Origin: Octopus bimaculoides
Lineage: Eukaryota
NCBI RefSeq assembly: GCF_001194135.2
Contig: NC_068989.1
Location: 69,867,073 to 69,931,072 of the forward strand
Direction of reading: 5' to 3'
Length of the DNA stretch: 64,000 nucleotides
The notes under the pieces are model-generated. The model was given only the letters and a program-made list of their open reading frames with translations. It was not told the origin of the DNA and did not search any database. Shown one piece after another: positions 26,776-39,622 of the stretch. Every line of letters starts with the position of its first letter. Within the stretch, counting starts at the first letter, position 1. Both the position numbers and the translations under genes were made by a program.

Positions 26776-27119
26776 CACACACTTGGACCTACTCTAGTTT
26801 CATATATTCTTTTCTACCTATGAATTAGTATAATTAAAGAACCGTTTTTTTTTTTCTCAACATGGACTGGTTCTTATGCATTTGTAATTCACCCTTGGTA
26901 TTAGAAAATCCCCCTGCACACTATCTTTTATGTGTTCCTTCACCTTGCAAGAAATAGCAGCCAAACCTACTACAAAACTTACCATGTTGTCTTAAGTAAA
27001 GAAAAGAAATATTAGATAATATATTGCTAAGCATGTATCTGAAGGGCTGGTCAGAACTGGAATACCTTTGATAATAAGGTATTTTTGATCAGGACTGATC
27101 CGGGCTCTAAACAACAACA

Positions 27120-27560
27120 ATTAATGCACAGATGTGCATGTTTACTTGGTAATATCATTCCACTGTGAAGTTGATTTGAGTCTTGCAGAGAATAAACCAC
27201 TGAAATGTCTCTTGGTTCTAAAGATACAAAGCCAGAAGATATTGAATTGTAGCATACATTGAAAAGTTGTAGGTCCTGAAAGTTCTTTCTAGAAAGTTAT
27301 GCTGTAAAGTGGTTTCCTCATAGGAAATTGGGGTTAAAGCAAGTTAATCTTGTAGTGTTTTCACATGTGTACCACTAATGATAGGTTGTCAGTCTCTAAT
27401 TGAATTCTCTGGTGAAAATTTTCATCAATGGGAGCCGTGTGTATAATTAGCAATGATTGTAAAGTTAACTTTAAGCAGTACAGAAAAATTTGGGGATTAA
27501 TTCAGTGCTGTAAGCCACAGAATTGTTTATTATAACTTGATATAGTTTGGTTTGATTTCC
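27120..27560 (-). pseudogene. Possible Penelope-like reverse transcriptase relic
   Basis: Minus-strand fragments QPIISG and QINFTVE resemble the Penelope RT motifs RPIvS and ikFTmE; heavily decayed. Confidence 0.35.
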
Positions 27561-29044
27561 CAAATGTTGCTGCTCTTTTAAGAACCAACCTAACATCACT
27601 AACCTATCTAAAGTTAGTTTCTTCATGTATTATATAAATTTATAAGATCATTTAAATAAGTATGATAGCAATAGTTTAGAAGGTAACAAGCCCTTGTAAA
27701 TGTCTTCATATTCAATTTGGTTAGAATAAAACTCATTTCTTTGGTTTTGATAGATTTTATATTGTGATATTTAGAATTTAATTGGTGATCACCATAGAAC
27801 AAAAGCTAAACTTCCCAGCAGTTCAACTCCTTGACAGGGAAGCAATCACCAGTTAATTCTATTTCATTTCTTATTACTAATAATTGTTTCTCAATTCTCT
27901 GATAAGTTCAGTGTGAGGAAAAGAGCAGGGAAACTGTAGTTTGTGTTTAGGCTATGCATTTTATTTTAATACTATGGACAAATAGGATGTGAAAACTATG
28001 CAATCCACATCATCAAAGGAGGAGTAATTTGAATATGAACTAATATAAGATAGGATCTCTTTGCTGTTATTGATAATATAATTCACCCTGTCTATACTGT
28101 AAAGTTGTAAATGATAGCAAGAGAATCCAACCTTAAAAACTGTCACTATCCCTCCAAAAACAACACCCATGACATGAAAGTTGGTTGGTTTTTCTCTGTT
28201 GCTATGTGTGCTACTTGGTAAAGAACTACATCATTCGGTGAGATGCTGTGAAACCCATGCCAGCATAGTAAAATAGACAGATGATGATGATGACAGTGGT
28301 GGTGATTGTGGCAGTGGCAGCTCCTCCTTCTCCTTTTCCTCTTATCAAATCACATCTAGAATACTTGAGTTTTAGCAATATATTTTACATACTGAAGTCG
28401 ATCCCTTTCTCACTCTTAGGGGGGGGAAATGATAGAATATTTATAATGTTTCTGCTTTTCTCAAGTGTGAAGTATACTTACTTTCATCTGGAATCAAAAC
28501 TGAAACATAAAATTTGCTTGCCAGGAGTTTACTTCTGCTCCACCAAAATCACAAATTCTATAGTATCAGTTCCAGCCATAAATTTGTAACTTCATTGCAT
28601 TACATTAGTAGGTGTGTCTGAAGTAATATAACAATACATTTTGGATACTGGCTTGTCAGTAATTAGTTTATGATCTATTAATCATGACTTTATGTGTCTT
28701 TGCTTTGAAACAAAGGCAGTATAATTAACTCAGTAAGTTCAAAGCTGGACTAAATTTATTTTAACTCAGTGTCTCACATCATTGTGTTATCTCCACTATT
28801 CTCATTTCCTCATTAATAAAACGGCTATCAATCATAAAAATGTTTATAAATCAAATTCTATCCATCAAAGGTAAGGTTTGTGCTTAAGAGGATGGTAGTG
28901 CTGTAGTTTGGGAGGGCCTGCAATGGTGATGGCCACTGCCAACCCTTTTTCTGATTAACTCTGAATGTACATGACTGCATTTTAATCATCACTGCTTTGT
29001 GCCTTTAATTAGTTCCAGCTTAACAAAGCTTAGCACACACCAGC

Positions 29045-29650
29045 AAATTTATTATTTGCTTTTTACATAAAATAACTATTCTGAGTAGGCTCTGACTGAT
29101 AGAGTTGATGTCTGTAACTGATGAAATGTGATGACACAGAAACACGTCATACAATTCAATGATGTCATTCAGAGCAGAGTTCAGTGTATTTTCACACATA
29201 TTGTCTATAAGACTTTCTCTTCTGAAACAATTACCATAGCAAAGGTCTTTCTACATTTGTGTGTACACAAACATGTTAAGTATATATTATGTACATGAAC
29301 ATGTTAAATATATATTTTTTGTACTTAGCTTCAATCTTTGCTGCTGAGTACTTCTAATGAGTTCATTCTAGTTTGACAAAGTTTTGCGGATGCTACCAAA
29401 ATTATTATTTGTTTTTTACATATGAGAAGAGCAGTTCTTAATGGTTTATGAATGATGGATTCATTGTTCATAGCTGATGAAGTTTAACAATGCAGAAACA
29501 TATAACCTACTGTCCATTGACATTATTCACTGCTCAGCATGTTTTCACACACTTGGTCTATAAGGAGAATTTCTCTTCTGATAGAAATATCATTGCAAAG
29601 ATCTTTGTACATTTGAGTATACAGAAACATGTTAAGTATATAAATGCACA
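29045..29650 (+). repeat. Degenerate tandem dimer (~355-bp period), each unit with a hammerhead-like core
   Basis: aaattattatttg-tttttacata at about 29045 and 29398; CTGATGA at 29118 and 29474; shared ttttcacaca...gtctataag...tttctcttctga...acatttg...aaacatgttaagtatat. Confidence 0.7.
29113..29153 (+). ncRNA. Minimal type I hammerhead-like motif, sense strand
   Basis: tgta-a-CTGATGA-aa-tgtg-atga-caca-GAAAC-ac-GTC-a-taca: helix I tgta/taca, helix II tgtg/caca, GUC triplet. One extra A and an A-A mismatch next to the core. Confidence 0.55.
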
Positions 29651-30322
29651 CAGCTTTATTTTAATCATCATTACCTAGTGTGCCTTTAATTAATTTATTT
29701 ACTGACGTACTGATTTGAGTTCAAATCCTATGAAGGTAGTTTTACTTCATGTTGTTCAAGAATCAATAAATCAAATCACTCAGAAATCACTTGAGGTCGA
29801 TTTGGGTTTCATAAAATATCACCTTTAAGGCAAAGAAACAAATGTGAATTTACATCTTTAAAGTATAGAATAGTGCAGTTTTCCTTTTTTTTTTTTCTTT
29901 TTTTAATATAATGTTTTATGTGACATCATTAGTATTTTGGAATATATTGATTGAATCAGTTAAAAATCAATGTTCATTTATGGGGCATTGTGAAATCATT
30001 TTGATTTTTTTTTTGTTAGAAATTTTCAATATTTCAAATTTTCTTTTCTTCTTCTTCTTCATTAGAATCTTCCAATTCTGTTTCCATTTCTTGCTGAGTG
30101 CCTTCCTGACACCTAGGGCAGAGAAATATACTTTATACATTGGTAGGCCATTAAAATAAAAACACCAGATTGTTCATTTACAAAGTCATGTGATAGAGAA
30201 AAGGGGCAAGACAGAAAGATTTCTATTATTTGACTTGTACATGATAATTTAATTAGCAGGGTTTTTCTCTTGTAGTTTGGTGACAGCAAGTCCCCTCAAA
30301 TCTCAAGATATTATTATTATTA

Positions 30323-30545
30323 AGGTAGCAAGCTGACAGAATCGTTAGCATGCCGGGCAACATGCTTAGCAGTATTTCATCTGCCACTACATTCTGAGTT
30401 CAAATTCTATCGAGGTTGACTTTGCCTTTCATTCTGTCAGGGTCAATAAATTAAGTACCAGTCAAGTACTGGGGTCGATGTAATCGACTATCCCCCTTCC
30501 CCAAAATTCAGGCCTTGCACCTATAATAAGAAAGGATTATTATTA
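30323..30545 (+). mobile_element. SINE family 2, inserted in a (TTA)n tract
   Basis: aggtagcaagctgacagaatcgttagc...gagttcaaattc...aagtacc...; flanked by tattattatt. Confidence 0.85.
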
Positions 30546-31077
30546 TTATACAGTGTGAGAAAAGCATATGTACAAAATGGCAGGTTGTAGTATTAGATTG
30601 CAAGAATTACATTTACTATTAAACTCAGTATGCCACATTGGTCTTCAGACATTATTAGAATCCATAATTTCAAAATAATTTGTTTGCCTGTAATTAAAGA
30701 TAAAGTTATTTAAATCATCTAAAAGCTATAATATATTTTCTTAGTTATTAATTAAATGTTAAAAGTTTAATAATCATTAATCTCTCCCCCTCCCCATCTC
30801 CCCTCCCTTCTCCCTCCCCTCCCTCTCTCCTCCCTCTCTTTCCCTTTATTTTGTTTGCTCACTTATTTGTACTCTTCTTGTTGGTATATTCTTTTAAATT
30901 GCATCACGTTTACATCATCACTATCTTCATCATTTTAACGTGTAACTTTCTATGCCAACATGAGTCAGACAAGAGTAAGTTGGGATAGAGGTTTCTATAG
31001 TCGGTAGTAGTGGCATTCCAAGCATGGTATCTCATTTTATTTTCAAAACATTATCCAAAGTGTCTTTCTCATTTTAA

Positions 31078-31747
31078 CCCTTTAGCATTTAAGCCAGCCA
31101 TATCCAGCCAAAGTATTCTACTTGTTTATATCCATATTGGCCAGATCTGGCCTCTCACACCTACCCTACCATGTCATTCTAAAAAATAAGCAACTGCATC
31201 ATCAAAATCTCAAGGATACAAGGTAATGATTTCAAATTTTGGCACAAGACTACCAATTTCAGAGAAGGAGCTAAGTCAATTACTTCGACCCAGTGCTCAA
31301 CTGGTACTTATTTTATTGACCACAAAAGGATGAAAAGGAAAGATGAACTTGGCAGAATTTGAATTAGGTGGCGAGCTGGCAGAAATGTTAGCACGCTGGG
31401 CGCAATGCTTAGCAGTATTTCGTCTACCGTTACGTTCTGAGTTCAAATTCTGCCGAGGTTGACTTTGCCTTTCATCCTTTCGGGGTCGATAAATTAAGTA
31501 CCAGTTATGCACTGGGGTCGGTGAAATCAACTTAATCCCTTTGTCTGTCCTTGTTTGTCCCCTCTATGTGTAGCCCCTTGTGGGCAATAAAGAAATAAGA
31601 ATTTGAATGCAGAGCGTAAAGACAAATGAAATGCCACTAAGCATTTTGCCTGGCATTTTGACTCTGCCCAAGATAATGCATGATAAATTCAAAACAATGT
31701 GAATAAATATGCATTACATTTCAGAGAGTAATTCAAATGTTAAAGGG
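31078..31747. mobile_element. MITE family A interrupted by an antisense SINE-2, itself interrupted by a young sense SINE-2
   Basis: ttaa|ccctttagc at 31078 and taaaggg|ttaa at 31747; the MITE sequence resumes at caagataat (~31668). Confidence 0.85.
31365..31597 (+). mobile_element. Young full-length SINE family 2 copy with an 11-bp target-site duplication
   Basis: TSD AGAATTTGAAT at 31354-31364 and 31598-31608; CpG-rich; intact A box (ggcgagctggcagaa) and B box (gagttcaaattc). Confidence 0.9.
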
Positions 31748-33543
31748 TTAAGTCAGTAGAGTAGGATTTGTGCAGAATTTAGCTGCTATTTGTAAAAAAA
31801 AAAGCAGATAACTGCATACTAAGGCTTTTCTCAATGATGAAATGATTTGGCCATCAACACATCAGGTAAATAAGCCCATGAAATCAAGAAACAAGTAATC
31901 AATACCAATATACATGATAGATTGTTTCATATTTTAAAGATCATCCTGCCAGAGGCTATTCTAAGAAGTGCATGACTACATGCACGCACGCACATTATGC
32001 AACCAGTTAACAAATGAAAACAGACTGCATGCAATAAAAACGATCCAGAATTATTGACAGTTGCACAGTTTATAGACTTGTTGCAATAAATAACCAATCT
32101 TCTTGCTGTTCAAGATTAAAAATAGAATGCAAATCTGATTCCATGAGATGTATGTGGTCTTTAAGTGGTCAGTTTTCTTGTACTCCTTTTGTGTGGTGAT
32201 GGCAGCAGTGGTTGTTGCTGTTGCTTTTCTTTTAAGCGTATTACAAATACAACTGTGTTCTACTTCCATCTCTCCTATTCAGCTTTTTTCTTTCTTTTTT
32301 CATATGTTCATACTCATTCTTTACACTTTGATTGGAACATTTAAGTCCCAAAATCCATTACTAAGATATCTAGTTCTATTCCTTTCCTTCCTTTTCAATA
32401 ACTTTGTTGGTGCTGGTGAGTATAGCTGGCATTTTATAGTAGCAGATAGAAACAGTGAGATTGATGTTGGTTTTGGTAGTACCTTAAAGGGGCAGATTCA
32501 CATACACTGACAGAAGATGAGGCCATGAATTTCTAGAAACTTTGAATTTTGGATTAGAAACTTTATTGTTCCAATGTGACACTACTCAGAGTTTCTTGCA
32601 CACAGCAAGAAGAATTCAAGGAATCATCATATTCAAGTGTCATGTGTGTGAATTTTCTCTGGTTTAAATTTGTTCATAATAATGCTTTTTTGTTTTTATT
32701 TTGTGTATTCATAGCAGATTAATAACATTGATTTGAGAAAATATTGTTATCTAGCTGTTGAAAAGATGAAAAGAATACAAAATAACTGTCTCTGTTTCAT
32801 TCTCATCAGTAATACAATACTATTGTACATACGACTATCATAGGTTGATTTAAGAAATAGAACAGGTGTCTCAGTACTAACACAAGATAACAAACTTTCC
32901 TTTTACATTCAGTATCTCACTTCTTTCCCTCCACCGAATGGTAGATAAATTAGCGAAAATGTTTTTCATCTTAATGAAGTGCAGACATGACTATGTGAAC
33001 TCTGTTGTCTGGTGTTTTGTACTGTAGTCACAGATTGACCAATATTTAGTAAGTAAAATTAGTAGACAGAAATCCCAAGAAGTACACACACACACATACA
33101 CATTGAAATATGTTTCGTTAAATACATGATTATGTTCAAGTTTCATCTTTCTCATTTTAGAATTTTTCATTTTTTTTTTTTATTAGCTTTCTATGGTTGG
33201 TTTGAAACAGTAAAATTCCTAAATCCATATCTTCACAGTCTTGTTTTTTCAAGAATTGAATATATCTGACATTTGGGTTCTTTCTTATACACTAATTGAA
33301 TTCGTGAAGACTTTTCCACCAAAGGTGGTTTTGACTGTTAACATTATACGTGAGCACTCATGTCATGATTCGTATGTCACAGTCAATATACACCAATTTT
33401 ACTTGCAAACTGTTGGTCGGCTCATGGGCATAGTCTAGTAGACCAGCCAACAGCATCAACACAGTAGGACCAAACTTCTAATCACGTGGTTCTAAAGGAA
33501 ACTTCTTAACATAGCTATGCCTGTACTTCATTACAAATAAGCA

Positions 33544-33592
<49 letters not shown>

Positions 33593-33997
33593 NNNNNNNN
33601 NNNNNNNNNNNNNNNNNNNNNNNNNNNNNNNNNNNNNNNNNNNNNNNNNNNNNNNNNNNNNNNNNNNNNNNNNNNNNNNNNNNNNNNNNNNNNNNNNNNN
33701 NNNNNNNNNNNNNNNNNNNNNNNNNNNNNNNNNNNNNNNNNNNNNNNNNNNNNNNNNNNNNNNNNNNNNNNNNNNNNNNNNNNNNNNNNNNNNNNNNNNN
33801 NNNNNNNNNNNNNNNNNNNNNNNNNNNNNNNNNNNNNNNNNNNNNNNNNNNNNNNNNNNNNNNNNNNNNNNNNNNNNNNNNNNNNNNNNNNNNNNNNNNN
33901 NNNNNNNNNNNNNNNNNNNNNNNNNNNNNNNNNNNNNNNNNNNNNNNNNNNNNNNNNNNNNNNNNNNNNNNNNNNNNNNNNNNNNNNNNNNNNNNNN
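33593..33997. other. Assembly gap
   Basis: N run following (TA)n. Confidence 1.
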
Positions 33998-34322
33998 TTC
34001 TAGCACTTGTGCTGGTGGCACCTTAGAAAATCGTTCGAGCGAGGTCATTGCCAGTACCGCTGGACTGGCTCCCATGCAGGTGGCACGTAAAAATCACCTT
34101 TTTGAGTGTGGCCGTTGCCAGTACTGTGTGACTGGTCCTTGTGCCGGTGGCACGTAAAAGCACCCTCTACACTCTCAGAGTGGTTGGCATTAGGAAGGGC
34201 ATCCAGCTGTAGATCCTCTACCAGATCAGATTGGAGCCTGGTGCAGCCATCTGGTTCGCCAGTCCTCAGTCAAATCGTCCAACCCATGCTAGCATGGAAA
34301 GCGAATGATGATGATGATGACG
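33998..34322 (+). mobile_element. RTE-like tail element abutting an antisense SINE-1 head (34323-34468)
   Basis: ggtggcacgtaaaagcaccc...aggaagggcatccagctgtag...aacccatgctagcatggaaagcg(aatg)atgatgatga, then gagcttctttaagtttctgtctac. Confidence 0.8.
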
Positions 34323-34750
34323 AGCTTCTTTAAGTTTCTGTCTACTAAATTCACTCACAAGGCTTTGGAGTGTGTATTAGAAGACACTTGCCCAAAGTGC
34401 CATGCAATGGGACTGAACCCAGAATCATGTGGTTGGGAAGCAAGCTCCTTACCACACAGTCATGCCTGGGGGTGGGGTAAATATGAATACATGTATAGCT
34501 GTGTATGGATTGTGTATATATGTATATTAATTGCTCGCTGTTTCTGATATATCACCACTATTTCTTCAAGGCACTAAATATATCTTCTAAGTTATTTATT
34601 TAATTTCAAGAAAATCTTGCAAAGAAGAACTGTAAGAGATTTTAAGCATGTAAAGGTGATTTATTTATTATTCTGAGCATCTCTCAGCTAAAAATATACT
34701 TATATAATTATTTCTCCTTTTTATTCAACCAAACTTCTATCTATCTGTCA

Positions 34751-34809
<59 letters not shown>

Positions 34810-35294
34810 CCTCTCTCTCATATCATGTGTATATGTGTGCGTGCATCTGTATAATATGGCTATGTTGACATTAAAAGCATTCAAATCATGAATATTGTTT
34901 CAAACCAAGACTGCTTCAAGCTAGCTGGTTGTGGCCATGCTGGTGCACTGCCACCAAATAATTGTTTGTAGCCCTTATGGAAGTTGTACACTTTACAGCA
35001 ATATCTTTCTTCACTTATTTCTATTTCATTACAAACAGAATTCTTAATTAAAAGCTGAATTATGAAAGAAATTCAATTTTTATCCTTTGGCTAGCTTTTG
35101 GGAATATTCAATATGAATATAAGACTTAATACTGTTTAAAGTAATGGCCAGCATATTTTGTAAATTAATTCATTGAATGATATAACAACATATCTGTGAA
35201 TCTAACAAATATATATGTCCGTTTTTTAAAAATTTATTTATGAAATTTTGAGAACTTAAGCCATTAAAATTTGTTCCATTTTTGATCATTTCAG

Positions 35295-35478
35295 ACAGTG
35301 GTGTAAAAGGACGTGGTGTACCAGTAATCTGTGTGGTTTTAGAAGGTGGGGCCAATACCATCCGTTCTGTTTTGGAATATGTAACAGATTCCCCTCCAAT
35401 ACCAGTTGTAGTTTGTGATGGAAGTGGACGTGCTGCTGACTTGCTAGCATTTACTCATAAATATACCTCAGAAGATGG
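35295..35478 (+). CDS. TRPM: TRPM exon 4 of window ([19 protein letters not shown]...[16 protein letters not shown]...SED-G)
   Basis: Acceptor catttcag ending at 35294; donor GG|gtaaat at 35479; 184 nt, phase 1 to 2. VPVxxxxxEGG and [13 protein letters not shown] motifs are present. Confidence 0.97.
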
Positions 35479-35749
35479 GTAAATATTAAAGTCTCATCAA
35501 GAATTTCTTTACATATGTGATATTAATATTTTATGATATTAATTGTATGTGCATGTATATACGTGTGAATGTTAACGTTCTGCACTCAACTCACCCTACA
35601 GGCAGTGATGGTTGTTGACATTTCCTTGTTAAAAGCTCCTTTACTTGAGAAACAGAAAAGGGTTTGCAAAAATATTTCAGTAATATGTATTCATCTAACT
35701 CATGTTAGCATGGTAAAACAGGCACAAGACAAATGCACCATATATATAT

Positions 35750-35962
35750 ATACTCTTTTACTCTTTTCAATCATTTGACTGTGGCCATGCTGGAGCACCA
35801 CCTTTAGTCAAGCAAATCAACCCCAGGGCTTATTCTTTGTAAGCCTAGTACTTATTCTATCGAGCTCTTTTGCCGGACCGCTAAGCTACGGGGACGTAAA
35901 CACACCAGCATTGGTTGTCAAGCAATGTTGGAAGGGGGACAAACACAGACGCACAAACATAT

Positions 35963-36054
<92 letters not shown>

Positions 36055-36222
36055 GTATATATGGCGGGCTTCTTTCAGTTTCTGTCTACCAAATCCACTC
36101 ACAAGGCTTTGGTCGGCCTGAGGCTATAGTAGAAGACACTTGCACAAGGTGCCACGCAGTGGGACTGAACGCGGAACCATGTGGTTGGTAAGCAAGCTAC
36201 TTACCACACAGCCACTCCTATG
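35750..36222 (-). mobile_element. Young full-length SINE family 1, tail type A, with a long internal (TA)n
   Basis: CpG-retaining copy: head cataggagtggctgtgtggtaagtagcttgc on the minus strand; 3' tail (aagagtaa)n. Confidence 0.9.
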
Positions 36223-36469
36223 TCTATATATATACATACATATACACACACACATATAAATATATATATTCTTTTATTTGTTTCAGTCATTTGACTGCGG
36301 CCATGCTGGAGTACCACATTTAGTCAAACAAATCAACCCCAAGACTTATTCTTTGTAAGCCTAGTACTTTTATTCTATCGGTCTCTTTAGGCGAACTGCT
36401 AAGTTATGGGGACATAAACACACCAACATCGGTTGTCAAACTGTGGTGGTCGAGGGGACAACACACACT

Positions 36470-36505
<36 letters not shown>

Positions 36506-36506
<1 letters not shown>

Positions 36507-37793
36507 TAGGTTGTCAAGAAAGTTCTTGTGGTTTATAACCTTTAAATTCAGGTGCACATATCTCGGCGCAAACAATACTTTATTAATCGAAATAAACACC
36601 ATCAGAATCAACACACCTTGGCCAACGCGAAACAAGTTTATTTATGCCAGTAGCATAAAAATCCTGCATTCTGGTGGCGATGAAGTCGTTGAAGGTGTGT
36701 TTGGCATCATCTTGGTTTTTGAAGCATTTCTCACACAGGAAGTTGTTGAGATGCTTGAAAAAGTGGTAGACTGTAGGTGAGAGGTCTGATGAGTATGGCG
36801 GATGAAGCAGAGTTTCGTAGCCCAAATCGTTCAACTTCTGCAGGGTCAGCTGTGCAACGTGTGGTCAAGCGTTGTCGTGAAGAATTGGTCCTTTTCTAAT
36901 GACCAATGCTGGCTGTTGTTGTCGGAGTTCCTTATGCATTTCATCCATTTGCTGACAGTACTTCTCCACCGTAATGCTTTCGCCTGGATCCAAAAAGTTG
37001 TGATGGATGAGACCGGCAGCAGACTACCAAACAGTCACCATGACCTTCTTTTGGTGCAACTTTGGCTTCAAAAGTGCCGTGATGCTTCATTGGCGTCCAA
37101 CTACTGAGCTGAGTGTCGTTGGTTGTCGTAAAGAATCCACTTTTCATCGCAAATCACATTCCAGTCAAGAAACGGGTCGTTCTTGTTGCATAAAAGAAGG
37201 GAAGATGATACTTCAAAACGGCCTTTTTTTTTTTTTGTTGTCGTTCAATTCATGCAGCACCCATTTCTCAAGTATTTTTGTTTTACCAATTTCTTTCAAG
37301 TGGTTGGAAATTGTCGTATACGTTATGTCTAATTCAGAAGCAAACTTTCGAACAGTTGTGTGTAGATTGGCTTTGACTAAGACTCTTAGTTGATCGTTGT
37401 CAACATCTGATGGCCAACCACTACGCTGATCATCTTCAAGACTCTCATCACTGCTACGAAATTTCTTGAACCACTATTGTGCTATACGTTCATTAGTGGT
37501 TCCTGGGTCAAGTGCATTGTTGATATCGCGAGCTGTTTCAGCAGCTTTTCGGCCTAGCTTGAACTGGAATAAGAAAATTGTGCAAATTTGCTTTTTGCCC
37601 ATGTTGTATTCAACATTCCAGAAAAAAAATGGCCTAATTATTCAAAAAGAAAAAAAGTAACAGGATTAGATAGAGCGAAAAACGGGCTTTAAAATTATAT
37701 ATAAAGTCAATGTAATTTAACGAGAATTAATTTGAAAATACATCATTTAAAACCAAAATTAAAAATTCTGCAAGAACTTTCTTGACAACCTAA
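36506..37793 (-). mobile_element. Full-length mariner transposon, 1288 bp, Hsmar1-like (cecropia subfamily)
   Basis: Perfect 23-bp TIRs TTAGGTTGTCAAGAAAGTTCTTG (36506-36528) and its reverse complement (37771-37793); TA on both sides; canonical length. Confidence 0.95.
36583..37602 (-). pseudogene. Mariner DD34D transposase pseudogene
   Basis: MGKKQICTIFLFQFKLGRKAAET..., WVLHEL, ICDEKWILYDN, ILHDNA*PH, HPPYSSDLSPTVYHFFKHL. In-frame stops and frameshifts; third catalytic D replaced by V. Confidence 0.95.
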
Positions 37794-37895
37794 TATATAA
37801 ATAGAAACATTATTTCCTGGGGCTAAACATCAGTAACATTTGTCCCTACCAGGACAGCTACATTATATTGGCAAATAGCCTTTACTTTATAGATA

Positions 37896-38370
37896 NNNNN
37901 NNNNNNNNNNNNNNNNNNNNNNNNNNNNNNNNNNNNNNNNNNNNNNNNNNNNNNNNNNNNNNNNNNNNNNNNNNNNNNNNNNNNNNNNNNNNNNNNNNNN
38001 NNNNNNNNNNNNNNNNNNNNNNNNNNNNNNNNNNNNNNNNNNNNNNNNNNNNNNNNNNNNNNNNNNNNNNNNNNNNNNNNNNNNNNNNNNNNNNNNNNNN
38101 NNNNNNNNNNNNNNNNNNNNNNNNNNNNNNNNNNNNNNNNNNNNNNNNNNNNNNNNNNNNNNNNNNNNNNNNNNNNNNNNNNNNNNNNNNNNNNNNNNNN
38201 NNNNNNNNNNNNNNNNNNNNNNNNNNNNNNNNNNNNNNNNNNNNNNNNNNNNNNNNNNNNNNNNNNNNNNNNNNNNNNNNNNNNNNNNNNNNNNNNNNNN
38301 NNNNNNNNNNNNNNNNNNNNNNNNNNNNNNNNNNNNNNNNNNNNNNNNNNNNNNNNNNNNNNNNNNNNNN
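37896..38370. other. Assembly gap
   Basis: N run. Confidence 1.
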
Positions 38371-38612
38371 TAAAAAATCACAGTAGTGTCCACTCGAATG
38401 GACAGCCGCATTAAAGTGGCTACAAATATTACTTATATATATAGTTTCTGCTTAATTGCTTATGACAGCCCATCAAAGGTGATGACAGCATCAATCCTGG
38501 ACATGCCTCCAGCACATTGTAACTCATGGGAGAAAATGTGGTTGACAAGACCAATGCAAAATAGGCAGATCCTGTGGCACTGAGGACACACGTGCACCCT
38601 TGTCTGTATATA

Positions 38613-39351
38613 CAGGCTGCAGTGAATATATTGTCATCTAATATCTTGAAATACTAAAGAGTAAATTTATTCAATAAGACTGCCATTGGCTTCAACCATG
38701 GTCTCCAGGCGGCTTCGGAATCTCTTGCAACTCTTCTGGGTGAAGTTGGTCAATGCTGCTGTGATCCTTGCCTTCAGTTCATCTTTGGTGTTACAAGGAG
38801 TTTTGTTGGTCTCTTGCTCAACTGTGCCCCATACTTAATAATCAAGAGGGTTGCAGTTTGGGGAGTTAGGTGTTCAGATGTTAGGATTGATGTGGTCGCA
38901 GAAATTGCGTGACAGCCATGAGTGGTTGCTCCTGCTTGTGTGACATGATGCAGAGTCCTGTTGCCAGATATAGGGTTTTCCAGCAGCCACCCTCTTGACC
39001 CAGAGCAGCACTACCTCCTCCAGGCACTTGATTTAGGCCTCCGTGTTGAGTGTGAGGCCATATGAGAAGATGAATGGAGGCATAACATCACTCTCTGTAC
39101 ATGCACTCTCCTCAGATTGACACCCAAACACTCTAAAATGTTTGTATTGGAGCTTCCAATATGAATGCCAAGCAATGCAGCATATCATTTCCACATTTCT
39201 GGCAGAGGGAATTGTGTCATGGTGCCGTTGTTCTCACAGACAGTGCCCAACTGACCCTACTATACTATGTAATCAAAAAAATCAAAAACAAACAATGCAC
39301 ATGCGCGAAATTAAAAATATAAAATGGCGACAACTTACCCATCGCACCCTG
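38613..39351 (-). mobile_element. Internally deleted Tc1/mariner-superfamily DD37D (maT) element, copy 1
   Basis: TA|CAGGCTGCAGTGAATA... and ...catcgcaccctg|TA; reverse-complement homologue of 39949-40820. Confidence 0.88.
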
Positions 39352-39622
39352 TATATAGGAGGTGGGGAGTGATTGATTAAACATTATGTCTAATAAAGTA
39401 CATTATTTATAGATTACAGCCAACTTAAACAGTTTCTTATGATCTTAAACTGAGAATGGCCCATCTGTTAATTATTTGTATAAAACCCCATATAATTTTG
39501 ATTATATCAGGTGGCATTGTTGTTACCTTTAGAAAGCCGTCCACTATTTTACTCAGTATGTTATTTTTAAGTAGATAAATCTTAAGAGAAATTTAGGTTA
39601 TACACCTACAAAAATTCTTTAA

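Noticed and set aside
30276-30324. Possible cassette exon in intron 3 (ttgtag|...ttaag|gtagca), near where TRPM3 has an optional exon
   Set aside because: It is 49 nt, has a stop in the required phase, and the apparent donor is a SINE head.
36802-37660. Plus-strand ORFs of 101, 128 and 64 aa
   Set aside because: They are antisense shadows of the mariner transposase pseudogene.
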